A DNA stretch of 64,000 nucleotides from Cetorhinus maximus (lineage: Eukaryota), in contig NC_135901.1 of NCBI RefSeq assembly GCF_964194155.1, forward strand, positions 22,382,001 through 22,446,000, given 5' to 3'. The notes under the pieces were generated by a model. The model did no database searches. It was given only the letters and a program-made list of their open reading frames with translations, and was not told the DNA's origin. This document shows positions 24,500 to 37,198 of the stretch, piece by piece (positions within the stretch are counted from its first letter, which is position 1; every line of letters starts with the position of its first letter). The translations under genes and the position numbers were made by a program.

Positions 24500-25080
24500 A
24501 ACCATCCTCCACTCGCTGACCCAGGATGGCGGCCGTTAACCTGGGCCTGTTCCCAGGAGGGAGAAGCTCCGCAGCTGCAAACCAGGAGCTGACAATTATT
24601 CCTCAGGGTTTGCGGATCCACAAAGTGTTTCCAAATCCTCCCCGTCCAGCCGCCGGCTCCATCGCTCCCTCCCCCCGGGCCTGTCACCGCGGGATAAACA
24701 CGGGGCCTGGGGCCTGAGGCCTACCCCAGAAATTGATCCAGTTCACAGTCCAGCCGCGGTTTCCATTCCTACCCTGTGCTCACAATCTCCTCCCGCTTCC
24801 CGAGAACCGTCCGCTCCTCCTCACTCTATCACCATGACTGACACTGAGCATGCTCAGAGCGCACACCCACACTGCACCTGCGCACTGGGGGGGCTAAACC
24901 ATCCGCCGTCATCTTGGCAGAGGAAGGCGAGTCTTGTTGAGGGAGCGGGCACATGGGTGGCCATCTTGGTGAGGGAAGGGCTGAGTGAGGACGGGGCTTC
25001 CTCCCCGGTGACAGGCCTGGGTTACCCGGGCAACCGGCCGCCGCCATCTTGTGCTGAGGGTTTTACATCCGGGTCTTTAG
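24500..25080. promoter_or_regulatory. CpG-rich promoter with YY1-like motifs in both orientations
   Basis: gatggcggcc near 24525; gtcatcttg, gccatcttg and gccgccatcttg near 24908, 24960 and 25040; gagcatgctc; paralogous to 34490-35050. Confidence 0.55.
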
Positions 25081-25199
25081 TGAAGGAATGGACCATGAGC
25101 TGGAGCTCAGTTTTCAAGCTGGTCTGAGGAAGGTCTGAAATCAGATTTACATTCAGATATCTGTAAGGGCAATAAAGTTTACATTATGTTTTTAAAACG

Positions 25200-25365
25200 A
25201 AATCAGAATGCTGGAAATACTCAGTTCTGAAGAAGAATCATGTTGGATTGGAAATGTTAACTCTGTTTCTCTCTCTTCACTGAAGCTGCCAAACCTGCTG
25301 AGGATTTCCATAAATTTCTGTTTTTATTTCAGATTTCCAGCACCCGTAGTATTTTGTTTTTATTA
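25200..25365 (+). repeat. Penelope terminal-repeat-derived short repeat with hammerhead-like core
   Basis: agtt-CTGAAGA-agaatcatgttggattg-GAAA-tg-tt-aact at 25223-25262. Confidence 0.6.
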
Positions 25366-25969
25366 TAGTTTTAAAAAAATTTTGCTGTGTAACAAGTTAA
25401 GGTAAAATAATTGTTACTGTTTAAATGTACAAATCAATTACATGCATTTGCGTAACTGAGAATTGGCTGTTCAGGAGCAATGTCAGACAGCACTTCTTCG
25501 CAAAAATGTATTGGAAATCTGGAACTCTGTTGAGGTTGGAAGAGTTTAAATTTAAAAACTGAGATTGCTCAATGTTTCTGAAGAGAATCAAAGCAGTTAG
25601 ATTGATTTAACATACAAATCAGGCACCGCATACTGGAGCTCAATGCCTGAGGTTGGACTGATTCTGGTTTTGTTTTGAAGGTGGTGTAGCTTTCCTGTTT
25701 GCTCTGTAGATTATCTCCTTGCCTGTAGGTAATTTGATCGAGATGAAGTGCAGTATTGTGGTGAGTGAAAGGGAGGAGGGATGGTGCGATATGTTAAGAC
25801 ATGGCAGATGACGTGTGCCAGGCGGACCAAATTCACAACGGAAACTTGACAACATAAGAACTAGGAGCAGGAGTAGGCAATTCAGCCCCTCGAGCCTGCC
25901 CCGCCATTCAATACAATCATGGCTGATCTATCACAACGGTTTTGCAATTTGTATTTATTATGAGATGTA

Positions 25970-26308
25970 TTTTTTTTAATTCATTCATGGGATATGGGTG
26001 TCGCTGGCTAGGCCAGCATTTATTGCCCATCCCTAATTGCCCTTTTTCAGAGAGTTTTTAAGAGGCAACCACACCGCTGTGGGTCTGGAGTCACATGAAG
26101 GCCAGATCAGGTAAGGATGGCAGACTTCCTTACCTAAAGGACATTAGTGAACCAGATGGGCTTTTACAACAATCAATAATAGTTTCATGGTCATCATTAA
26201 ACTTTTAATTCCAGATTTTTATTGAATTCAATTTCCACCATCTGCTATGGCACGATTCAGACCTGGGTCCGCAGAGCATTAACCTGCATCTCTGGATTAC
26301 TAGTCCAG
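25970..26308 (-). mobile_element. tRNA-derived SINE (family of 1526-1882)
   Basis: Closely similar body and tail to 1526-1882. Confidence 0.75.
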
Positions 26309-26310
26309 CT

Positions 26311-27133
26311 TGTCCAGTTCTGAATTTAGAAGTAATGGGTCCACTAAGATTTAGAGATTTAAAAAATTATATTAAAATATTTATTAAAATAAAGCATTTC
26401 AAGCACATACATAAGCCTACAATTACTTAATATTATTACAACTCCTAAAATTCCTAATTAATCTGTCTCCCAGTTACACATCGCCTTTAAGACAACAGTC
26501 CAAAATAGATTTTAGATTTTAAAAAAGCACATTAACACAGTACCCACTTGACAGTGGAATTTCAAATAACTTTCTCCAACTTTAGTTACTGGACACAACA
26601 GGCTTATGCACAAATGGATGGAAGCTTCTTAAAGGTTGTTCCACACACTCCTGTTATATCTTACATGACCCTCAACATAGCATTTCATTCTCCTTATATA
26701 TGTTTCTCTCTCTTTAGTATGAAAGTTCCAATGTTCCATATGTCTTTGCAACTGTACCTTTCCCATAATATAAAAACTTTCATGTTGCCAATATTGTCAG
26801 TAACCTTTGGGAAAAATAAACACACTCCTTAGCCTTGCTTATCTGGCTGGTAGCAAACAGACTGACATCCCTTTTAAATCCAAACAATCCCTTCACATTT
26901 CTAAAAATACAAATTCCCATCACATTTTACATGCTAAAATAGCATCCATGTTTACTCAATAGCATTTCAAGTACATTTTGACACTTAGCTTATTTTGATA
27001 ATTTCAAGCTTGCAGTCTACCTGACTCCAAATGTAATTAAATCACACAGACAGGACCATCTACCCTCACACACATATACCTCCTTTCCAACAAACTAGCA
27101 AAATATTGTGAAAATTATTATACTTTCGTAACA
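26311..27133 (-). mobile_element. Possible LTR-like element
   Basis: Minus strand begins TGTTAC, ends GACA, with AATAAA near its 3' end; no TSD seen. Confidence 0.3.
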
Positions 27134-27179
27134 GATAACACAACCTTGTTCGACCACAGCCTTCACTGAAATAGGATAA

Positions 27180-27490
27180 TGGATCTTAGAACAAAGTCAC
27201 CAAACATGGAAAAGTTGGATAGTCGGCAGTTGAGTAGGAAAAGGGCTGATGGAGCAGGAGCTGGGTCTCATAGACAAGGTGAGCACTGAGAGGGTATGAG
27301 GGGAGATTGGAGAGAAACTGGAGAAAGATGTGAGTTCAGGGCTGGGCAAGGGGCAGTTTAAGAGACAGTTTGGATCAGTGGGCTAGTAGAAGGGAGGAAA
27401 GCAGCAGAGTCAACTGATCAGATTGCCTCAGTCTTAGTGACAAATAAGCTCCATGAGCTCCTCACATTTGTTGGAGGTGAGGATGGAGGA
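27180..27490 (-). mobile_element. L2 fragment paralogous to about 9760-10030
   Basis: Shares gatcagattg.ctca.tcttagtgacaaa.aagctccatgagctcctcaca. Confidence 0.65.
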
Positions 27491-27701
27491 GAGAGCAGAG
27501 AGAAAGAACACTTCAAAAGGAATTAACTTAGTTTAGAGATATTAAAAAAGACTCAACAGGCTGTGTTTAATACAAAGTGGGTTTCTTTGACTTTTATGCA
27601 GAAAATTAGCTCCAATTACAGGACTGGAGTTTATAACATCAGCAGAAACAGAACCCAATGAACATATTTCAGTCCTGAATATGCTTCACAGCAAAGTCCA
27701 A

Positions 27702-28648
27702 TCACTGTTGTAACTTGTGAACTTGCTGGTGTCTCAGCAGGGTGGAGGAGTGAATGAATCCCTTCCCGTACATGGAACAGATTAACGGCCTCTCCCCATT
27801 GTGAATTTGTTGATGTTTCTGTAGGTAGGATGAATGAGTGAATCCCTTCCCACACCTGGAGCAGGTCAATGGCCTGTCCCTATTGTGAAAGCGTTAGTGT
27901 CTCAGTGGGTCTGATGAATGAGTGAATGCTTTCCCACACTCAGAGCAGGTAAGGGCCGCTCCCCAGTGCGAATTTATTGATGTTTATGCAGGTCGGTTGA
28001 ACAAGTGAATCCTTTCTCACACTTGGAGCAGGTAAACGGCCTCTCTCCAATGCACCCACTGAGATCTCACCAGGTTAGTTGAATTAATGAATCCCTTACC
28101 ACACTCGGAGCAGGTGAATGGCCTCTCCCCAGTGTGAATGCACTGGTGTGTCAACAGGGTGGATAACTGAGTAAATCTTTTCCACACACTGAACAGATGA
28201 ATGCTCTCTCCCCAGTGTGACAGCGTCAATGAATTTCCAGCTCAGATGGAGATCTGAATTTCTTCCCACAGTACCCGCATTTCCACGGTTTCTCCATGGT
28301 GTCAGTGTCCTTGTGTTTCTTCAGATTGGACAATCAGTTGCAGCCTCATTCACACAAACATGTGTACAGCTTCTCCCCAATGTGAATGGTGTGATTTTTT
28401 TTCAGTGTGTAACTGGTTAAAGTTCTTTCCAGTCAGTTCACACTCTCACTCAGGAGTGTGTGAATGTCTTGCTGTTTTTCCAGTCACACTAATGTTTGAA
28501 ATGTTCTCTCACAGACAGAACAAACACTTTTCCTTCCACATTCAAAGGCTGATAATATTCAGGTCCTGATGAATCGAGTGACTCTGTCAGGTCTCAGTTT
28601 GATGTTTGTTATGATTTTCCCATCTGTAAATCCTCCCCTTCTAACTCC
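27702..28648 (-). pseudogene. C2H2 ZNF pseudogene (MEKPW type) with several frameshifts
   Basis: Leader module; accATGg at 28297; finger remnants in shifting frames; family 3' UTR. Confidence 0.8.
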
Positions 28649-28739
28649 CTGTAAAAAGAGTTTAGAAAACTCTTCACTTTAAATGCAGGATGGAAATTCT
28701 GAAGAAGCCTTCCAGCTCCAGCACCCGTACAACGCATCC

Positions 28740-29130
28740 TTCAGTCACAGCCCAGCCCCGCCCCTCATTTGTTCCGATTGGTTGGAGGGCCATTCCCGCT
28801 CGGTCCTCCAGGCCCGCCCCTCTTCCTATTGGTCTGGCTCTGCCGTCAATCAGCCGGGCATTGTGAGGTGCCAGGTGAGAGGTCACTGTCGGGAGCGGGT
28901 TAATAAACCCAGGGCGGGGGGGCGGGGTTTACAAATCCCGAGTGCGGCCCCAGAGCCGAATATTAAACAATGAACATTCTCCACTCTCACTATCCGCCGC
29001 TTCCGGCTTCTCTCCGGGAACAACCTCAAACAAAGAGACCAGGACCCTCCAAGCATGCGCGATCCATCCGGCCAACCCGCGGCAAGTAGAGCGGTTTCGT
29101 CTCAGCACGGGATTGTGGGTAACCAGGCTG
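28740..29130. promoter_or_regulatory. CpG-rich promoter (GC boxes, CCAAT, NRF1-like, ZNF143-like)
   Basis: gattgg and tattgg; ggggcgggg; gcatgcgc near 29053; gggattgtgggtaa near 29110. Confidence 0.5.
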
Positions 29131-29499
29131 CCATTAGCAACAGGGTCTCAGTTAATCTCTGTCTCAATCTGGGCACCTGAGGGTGAGGTTCTGCTGACGT
29201 AGGGATTGTAAAATAAAAAATATCAATGTCTTTCTCCTAGCATCCGCATCCTGCAATCTTGGCAATGAACCTGTTTCATTAGGTCTGTAAAAGAGGTGAG
29301 GGTGCAGGAGACAGGGGAAAAGGAGAGCACTTCAAAAGGAACTAACTTGTGTTAGAGATATTAAAAAAGACTCAAAAGACTGTGTTTAACAAAAGCTGAT
29401 TTATTTGAGTTTTATCCAGAATATTACCTATTGTTGGGCTTGAGTTTATTAACATCAGCAGAAATAGGTCGGAGTTCAGTCTTGGATGTGACAATCACA

Positions 29500-30854
29500 T
29501 TCGCTGGTGACTCAGGACATGGGACAAAAAAACAAATCCATTCCCACATTCACACCAGGTACACGACCTCTCCCCAGTGTGAATTTGCTAGTGTAATGAG
29601 TTCAGGTGAATAGTGAACACACTCCCGCAGTGAAAACACCTGAGTGGTCTGTCATCAGTGAGAACAAGTTGATGGAACATCAGTTTCTGGGAACCTGCAT
29701 AACACTTCCTGCATTCTGGGAATTTAAAAGGTCTTCCATCAGTATGAACATGCGGGTGTTCCAATAGGATGGCTGAGCGAATTTCTTCCCTCACTCAGGG
29801 AGGTGAATGGCCTCTCCCTCATGTGAACTCGCTGGAGTTTCAGCAAGTTGGATGACCGAATGAATTCCTTCCCACACTCAGTGCAGGTGAATTGCCTTTC
29901 CCCAGTGTGAGCCTTCTGGTGTCTCAGCAGGTTTGTTGAATTAATAAATCCTTTCCCATACTTGGGGCAAGTGAACGGCCTCTCCCCATTGTGAACTCGC
30001 TGATGTGTCAGTAGGTCGGATGACTGAGTGAATCCCTTTCCACACTCAGAACAGATGAATGGTCGCTCCCCAGTGTGAATTCGCTGATGTAAAATGAGGA
30101 CAGATGATTGCCTGAACCCAGTCCCGCAGTGAGAGCACCTGAATGGTCTCTCGTCGGTGTGAATACGTCGATGGTACATCAGTTCCCTGGAACTTTTATA
30201 GCACTTTCCGCAGTCTGGACATTTAAAAGGTCTCTCATCGGTATGAACTCACTGGTGTGTGTGCAGGTGGGACAACTGAACGAATCCTTTCCCACACTCA
30301 GAGCAGGTGAATGGTCTCTCCCCAGTGTGAAGTCGCTGGTATTTCAGCAGGTGGGATGACTGAGTGAATCCCTTTCCGCAATCAGCGCAGGTGAACGGCC
30401 TCTCCCCTGTGTGACTGCGCTGGTGTTTCTGCAGGTGGGTTGACTGAATGAATCCCTTCCCACAGTCGGAGCAGGTAAACGGTCTCTCCCCAGTGTGAAC
30501 TCTCTGGTGTGTCAGGAAGTGTGATGACTGAGTGAATCACTTCCCACACTCAGAGCAGGTGAATGCCCTCTCTCCAGTGTGACTTCGCTGGTGTGTCAGC
30601 ATAGCGGATGACTGGGTGAATCCCTTCTCACATTTGGAGCAGATGAATGGCCTCTCTCCAGTGTGTCTACGCCGATGAGTTTCTAGCCTAACTGGATAAT
30701 CAAATCCCTTCCCACAGTCCCCACATTTCCACGACTTCTCCCTATTCTGGCTGCATTTATGCTTTGACAGGCCAGATGATTGGATGAAGTCTTGTCCACA
30801 TACAGAACACATGTATGGTTTCTCTCTGCTGTGAACGGTGCTTTTTCCATCCAT
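29500..30854 (-). pseudogene. C2H2 ZNF gene (MDGKSTVH type) with a premature TGA at 30537-30539 and a decayed 3' end
   Basis: ORFs 30537-30860 and 29739-30179 are in one frame separated by GGA>TGA; frameshifts below about 29800. Confidence 0.75.
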
Positions 30855-31394
30855 GTTCAAAATCTAAAGATATTCGAGTTATAATAAAATTGGTGACTCC
30901 GTCAGATCCTGATGTGATGTTTGGGTTTATTTTTCCAACTCCAAATCCTCCCCTTCTAATACCCTGTGAAATTGATTTAAAACAGTAAAAAGGGAGTGAA
31001 AGAGAACACACAAAAACACAAAGGCAAGGTTGTGAAATCGAGCTGAAGGAATCTGGTAATTTTGTGGGGCCAGCACTAGGAAAAAATGACCATGAAAACT
31101 ACTGGATTGTGAAAAGAACCCAACTGGTTCATTCACGTCCTTTGGGGAGGGGAACCTGCCGCCAGGTCTGGGCCGACACAAAACTCTGGCCTCTATGGGA
31201 GGAGAGAGAAGACAGATGGGGTGGAAGAGGCAGGAGGCTGAGGAGAAGCAGTTCATGTACCTGAAACTCAACCGGAACTTTGACAGAATCTCCCAAACCC
31301 TCAACCTTCACCACCTAGAAGGCCAAGGTAGCAGGTGTATGTGAACACCATCACAAGTTCCCCTCCAACTCATACATCATCCTGGCTTGTCTGT

Positions 31395-32125
31395 CCTGGC
31401 CAGTACTGGATGAGCAGAAATTTACTCCACTTAAATATTGGGAAGACCAAAGCCATTGTCTTCAGTACCCATAACAAACTCCACTCCCTAGGCACTAACT
31501 TTGTTCCTCCTTCGGCACTTGTCTGAGGCTGAAGTGCACAACTTTGGTGTCATATTTGATCCTGAGATGAGCTTCCAACCACACATCTGCACCATCACCA
31601 AGACCACCTCAGTAACATCACCCGACTCTGCCTTAGTCTCAGCTCATCTGCTGATAGAACACTCATACATTCCTTTATTACTTCTAGACTTAACTATCCT
31701 AATGCACTCCTGACAGCCTCCCACATTCAACCGCCCTGTAATTTTTAGGTGATCCAAAACACTGCTGCCCATGTGCTTACTCGCACCAAGTCTTGTTCAC
31801 CCATCAGCCCTGTGCTCGCTGACCTACTAAAGCTCTGGGTTAAGAAGCATCTAAATTTTAAAATTCTCATCCTTGTTTACCGGCATGGCTGTGATGATCC
31901 CCCCTCTGTAATCTCCTCCAGCCAGACAACCTTCAAAATCTTGCAACTCATCTAATTCCGACCACTTGAACATTCATGATTTGAATTTCTCCATCAGTGT
32001 TGGCCGTTCTTTCAGTTGCTCAGGTCCCAAGCTCTGGAATTTCCTTCCTAACTCTCTGCTGCTCTCTCCCTCACTTTCTTCCTTTGAGACACTCCTTACA
32101 AGCGCAATATAAATATAAATGTTGT
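31395..32125 (+). mobile_element. L2 3' fragment
   Basis: GVIFDPEMSFQPHI, IQNTAAHVLTRTK. Confidence 0.7.
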
Positions 32126-33404
32126 TGATCTGGACATATATCATTGTTTCTTCATTGTCACTAGTGAGTAACCTGTAACTCCTTATCTAACAGCATTGTG
32201 GGAGCACCTTCACCACATGGACTGCTGAGGTTCAAGATGGTCAAACACCATCTTATCCACAGGCAACTGGGAATTGGTAATATCTACTGCTGGTCTTGTT
32301 AGTGATGCCCAAATCCCAAGAATACATTTTTAAAATATGGACTTATAAACTAGGCTGAAAACATCTACAGAAAACCTGCTCCTAAAACAATATCCTTTTA
32401 CATTGTCGGGACAGTGTCTGTTTGGCAAGCTGATCTCGCCATCATAATCTCCTAGATGCAACAAAGGCTTTCAAAAGGGAATTGGATAAAATACCTGAAG
32501 AGAATAGAATTGCTGGGCTACAAGGACAGGATAGGGGAATGGGGCGAGCTGATTGCTCTTGCAAAGAACCAGCGCAGCCACAATGGGCTAAATGGCCTCC
32601 TTCTGTATTGTAATCATACTATGAATGCATGAAGAAGGACCTACATTTGAACATACAAATTAGAAGCAGGAGAAGGCCAGTCAGCCCCTCAAGCCTGCTC
32701 CATCATTCAATAAGATCATGATTGATCTGATCATGGCCTCAATTCCACATTCCAACTCCCCCTGATAATCTACCATGGAGGTCAGGGACCAACCTCCCCA
32801 AACAACACCAACCCTGATACAATTCTGTGCTAAATTAGTTCTTCTCTGTTTCTAGATTCAGTTCTTTGAGCAACACCTGCAATCAAACAAAAGCAAAATA
32901 CTGTGGTTACTGGAAATCTGAATTAAAAAGAGCAAATGCTGGAAATACTCAGCAGGTCAGACAGTAGCTGTGGAAAGAAAAAAGGAATTAATGTTAACGA
33001 ATTACAGAAAATAAAAACGGAGCAGTATTTGATGGACAATATAAGCTCAGAAGCAGAAGAGAAATAATCTCTAATGGAGGAAAAACAATTCCTGACCACA
33101 GAAAGATAAAACTGGTAAATCAGTGGTGAATAGCCAGGGGATACGCAGATGTCGAAACTTGATTTAGACACAGTTGGCAGAGATAACAGTAAATTACCAA
33201 ACATAACTAAAATACCACATTATTAGAGGCAGAGGAAGCTAGACAATGGCAGACAGGTGATTGGGGAGGGCAGATATGAAGCAGAGCAATAAATGAGAAT
33301 GGATTCAGATCCACAGCAAAGGAACCACACCAGCCCCAGTGTCATGGAACCAGAGCACAGCGCTAAAAGCTCTAAACTGTAGATGCATGTTCAATAATAC
33401 TCAC

Positions 33405-33511
33405 CTCTGAAACAATTTCAAATTTAGAATCTACTGGAGCCTGCAGCTGAAAAGATATGAGGAGCACTGGAGTCAGATAAAAATCTGGCAGTCTTTGAAT
33501 CTTCTAACTCC
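33405..33511 (-). other. Putative internal non-coding exon of the 30854 gene
   Basis: Reverse complement ttttgcag|ggagttagaag...tttcagag|gtgagta. Confidence 0.5.
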
Positions 33512-33699
33512 CTGCAAAATGAAATTACAAAAGTCATAAGTGTCAGATGTGGTTAGAAATTCAGGAGAGACAAACATTTCTCTTGGTTTGAGTCTGCTGT
33601 GTGTAAATCCTCTCCTGCTAACTCCCTGTAAAAGGAGTTTCCAAAATCCATCCCTGTTAGCCCAATATAGAAATTTATAACATCATCTCTTGCTTTCTG

Positions 33700-34480
33700 G
33701 CCCAAGGTAACTTAGGCAGGGACATATTTGCATTGGAGGCATTCAGAAAATTTTCATGAGGCTGATTCCTGGGATGAGGGGGTTTGTCTTATGAGGAAAG
33801 GTTGAACAAGTTGGGTCTGTAGTCATTGGAGTTTAGGAGAATGAGAGGTGATCTTACTGAAATATGTAAGATTCTGAGGGGGCTTGACAGGATGGATCAA
33901 AAAGGTTGCTTCCACTCATGGGGGAATCTAGAACCAACGGGCACAGTTAAAAAGTAAGGGTTCTCCACGTTTGCGGGTCTCGGTTTCTTTTCCCTGGGAA
34001 CAGGCCCAGCCGTGAGCTTGGTTCAGTGGGGACTGGAGCGCATGCGCGGCCATCTCGGTGATGAAACAGACAGTAGGCGGGGCCTCAGGGCCCCGGTGAC
34101 CAGGAGAGAAAATTATTGACTCGTTTATTTTATTGTCATTCTGCACACAAGGGGTGGTGACAGGCCCAGGTTAACGGTCACCATGTCATCAACATCTAGG
34201 ATGAGGAGAAATTTCTTCTGAGGGTTGTCAGTCTCTGGAAATATTTTCCCCACAGTGAGCAGTGGAGGCTGTTCATTGAACATATTCAATCCTGATTTAA
34301 ACAGATTTCTGATCTACAAGTGAGTCAACGGTTATATGAGGCTGGGTGGGTTGGGAGGTGAGAGGCATACAAGAAAGTGGAGTTAAGGCCACAGTCTGAT
34401 CGACCGTGATCTTATTGAATGGCAGAGCATGCTCGATGGAACAAATGGCCGACTGCGAATTCTGATGTTCTTATTCTTAT
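33700..34480 (+). mobile_element. CR1 3' fragment interrupted by an inverted promoter copy
   Basis: cttatgaggaaaggttgaac...ggaatctagaacc; resumes gatgaggagaaatttc near 34200. Confidence 0.7.
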
Positions 34481-34732
34481 GTTGTTAGGCCGGCCGTGCA
34501 TTAACCCCCTGAAGATGGCAACCGTTAACCTGGGTCTCTCACCACCCCTTGTGTGCAGAATGACAATAAAATAAACGAGTCAATAATTTTCTCTCCTGGT
34601 CACTGGGACCCTGAGACCCCGCCTACTCTGTTTCATCACAGAGAAGGCCGCGCATGCGCTCCAGTCCCCGCTGAACCAAGCTCACGGCTGGTCCTGTTCC
34701 CGGGAAAAAGAAACCCAGACCCGCAAACGTGG
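33965..34732. repeat. Inverted repeat with arms of about 220 bp (33965-34184 and 34515-34732)
   Basis: Arms are reverse complements; ORF track shows MQNDNKINESIIFSPGH on both strands. Confidence 0.9.
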
Positions 34733-35050
34733 GACTTGCAGGGCCTTACTCGGGCCCTGCGGCCTACACCGGGTGTTTACGAAGCCTCCCCGCTCCTCAG
34801 CTCCTGGCTCCATTCCTCCCCTTCCTTCCCACCCCGACTCACCAGCTCCATTCCTCCCCTCGCTTACCCGACCTGATCCGCCCACTCTCACCCATTTCCA
34901 ATTGCGTCAGTCACCCTCGCACGGCTTTGAGCAAAGTGACACTGCGCATGCTCCTGGATGTCCAGCACTGCACCTGCGCACTGGACTCCTGTAGAGTGAA
35001 TAGGGCACGTTCACAGCCGCAGGGAATGTGGGTGACAGCAGCGCCATTGG
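34490..35050 (-). promoter_or_regulatory. CpG-rich promoter probably serving the minus-strand 30854 gene
   Basis: aagatggc (YY1), gcgcatgcgc and actgcgcatgc (NRF1), gggaatgtgggt (ZNF143-like). Confidence 0.5.
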
Positions 35051-35554
35051 AACTTCGAAATGCACAACAGAAAATAATATTGTTACGCAATAGAGATAAA
35101 ATAATAAAAACAAATTCCTGTAAATCTTCGCGCTGCCCTGTTCCATACCCAAAGTGTCTTAAACGGCTGCTCTCCTGTGGGAAAATGCTGAGCTTTTAAA
35201 GCTTTTCCCACTGGCTCCCCTTTCACTCCTCCCCAGAAACTGCTGATTCTGGCTGGGTTCAAACCCACTGGTTCCTCTCTCTTACTCGGCCAATCCCCAG
35301 ATACTGAACATTTACTGTTTTATAGAATGATGCAGCACAGATGGAAACCATTCGGTCCATCATACCTGTGCTGGATGTTTGGAAGATCTAGCCAATTAAT
35401 TCCACAGACCTATTGGCACTGTCACATCCATGTATATCTGCTGTAATAATGCAGCAGGTGAATGGAAAAGACTTTCCAGGTGGATGCTTCTCAGACACAC
35501 ACCCCTGTGGAAAGATCGATTGACCAGTGTACTGGGCAGCTATTAAGGGTTCAC

Positions 35555-36095
35555 TGAAATAAAAACAGAAAGTGTGGAAAAACTCAGCAGGTCTGGCAGC
35601 ACCTGTGGAGAGAGAAACAGAGTTAATGTTTCGAGTCCAATATTATTCTTCTTCAGAACTGAACTGGACAGTCTTATGTTCTTTATTCTGCCATTAAAAC
35701 TGACTGGGTTTTTGCTTCCTTATTACAACCATTACCATTTCCTTTGCTTTTCGTTCCATTACACCTTTGTTATTTAATCTCTACCGCCCTCTAACCTATC
35801 CCTGACCTCTTTTATTCTGTCTGACCCTGCCCTCTTCTTCTACAGCTTAAAACCCATCCTACTTCTATAGATAAAAGCAAAATACTGTGGATGCTGGAAA
35901 TCTGAAACAAAAAATAGAAAACGTTGGAAAAACTCAGCAGGTCTGACAGCATGTGCAGAGAGAGACAAAGGGTTGACTTATCGAGTCCATATGACTCTTC
36001 TTCAGATCCACCTTATTTCTACCTCACTTCAGTCCTGAAGAAGAGTCATACTGGACTCTAAACAATAACTCTTTCTCTCTCCACAGATGCTGTCA
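35555..36095. repeat. Cluster of Penelope terminal-repeat-derived repeats with three hammerhead-like cores
   Basis: Cores at 35621-35660(-), 35971-36009(-) and 36031-36070(+). Confidence 0.6.
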
Positions 36096-36104
36096 GAGAA
36101 TCCT

Positions 36105-36560
36105 CCAAAAACACCCAAGAAGCTTGACAACATCCAAGACAAAGCAGTCCGCTTGATTGGCACCCCTTCCACGAAAATTCACTCCCTCCACCACCGCATA
36201 GTGACAGCAGTGTGTACCATCTATAAGGTGCACTGCAGAAACTCACCAAGGCTCCTTAGACACCTCCTTTCAAACCCATGACCACAACCATCTAGAAGGA
36301 CAAGGGTATTAGACACATTGGTACACCATAACCTGGAATATCCCCTCCAAGCCATCCACCATCCTGACTTGGAAATATATCGCTGCTCCTTCACTGTCAC
36401 AAGGTCAAAATCCTTTCCTAACAGCACTGTGGGTGTACCTACATCACATGGACTGCAGCGGTCCAAGAAAACAGTTCACCACCACCTTCTGAAGGGCAAC
36501 TAGGGATGGACAATAAATGCCGGCCTGGCCAGTGATGCCCACCTCTGACTGAACGAATAA
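36105..36560 (+). mobile_element. 3' fragment of the RTE-X/CR1-group-like LINE
   Basis: KKLDNIQDKAVRLIG..SLHHR; family tail. Confidence 0.75.
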
Positions 36561-37198
36561 GCTGCTGGGTTTTTCCAGAACCTGTTCTTATTTCTGTTCT
36601 GTGGCATCCACAATAGGTTGATCTTGTTTAAGTGTTCACTAGTTAGTTAAGCACGAAGAGTACTTCATAAAGTTTAATTCAATAACCCTATACATCCCAC
36701 AGGCCACAATGGAATAATTAATAAAAGGCCAAGTTAGGGCAGTATCCCGGTGTGATAGAGCAGAAGAATTATGGAGTTCCAGACCAAAGGTTTTAATATC
36801 CTGTAACCTCACAATCACCAATTGACTGGGATGTTGCAGTATGAAAGAACCACACATACCTGTCAGGTGAAGGAGGCCGTGTCCAATGGACCTGTGTAAG
36901 GTACACCGCTGTTAGACTGCACAGGTGTTTATGTGGATTGGTCTCGGTTTTATGTACCAGACTGTTGCTGTGTCTTTGATTCCCCATGACAGCTGTAGCA
37001 TCCTTATTAAATACCCACCACAATACTTAGCCCAGAAACGTGAGGTTATTATCACCACAGTCCTTCAAACCGTCACTAAGACAATCGGCAACTATTCTCA
37101 AAGCTCCTTTGGTTGTAACTCGCTCAGAGAAAACCTACCTCTCTGGCAAAACAAAACACAGAAATGAAACCACTCCAAACTCCGAATGATTTGGGATT

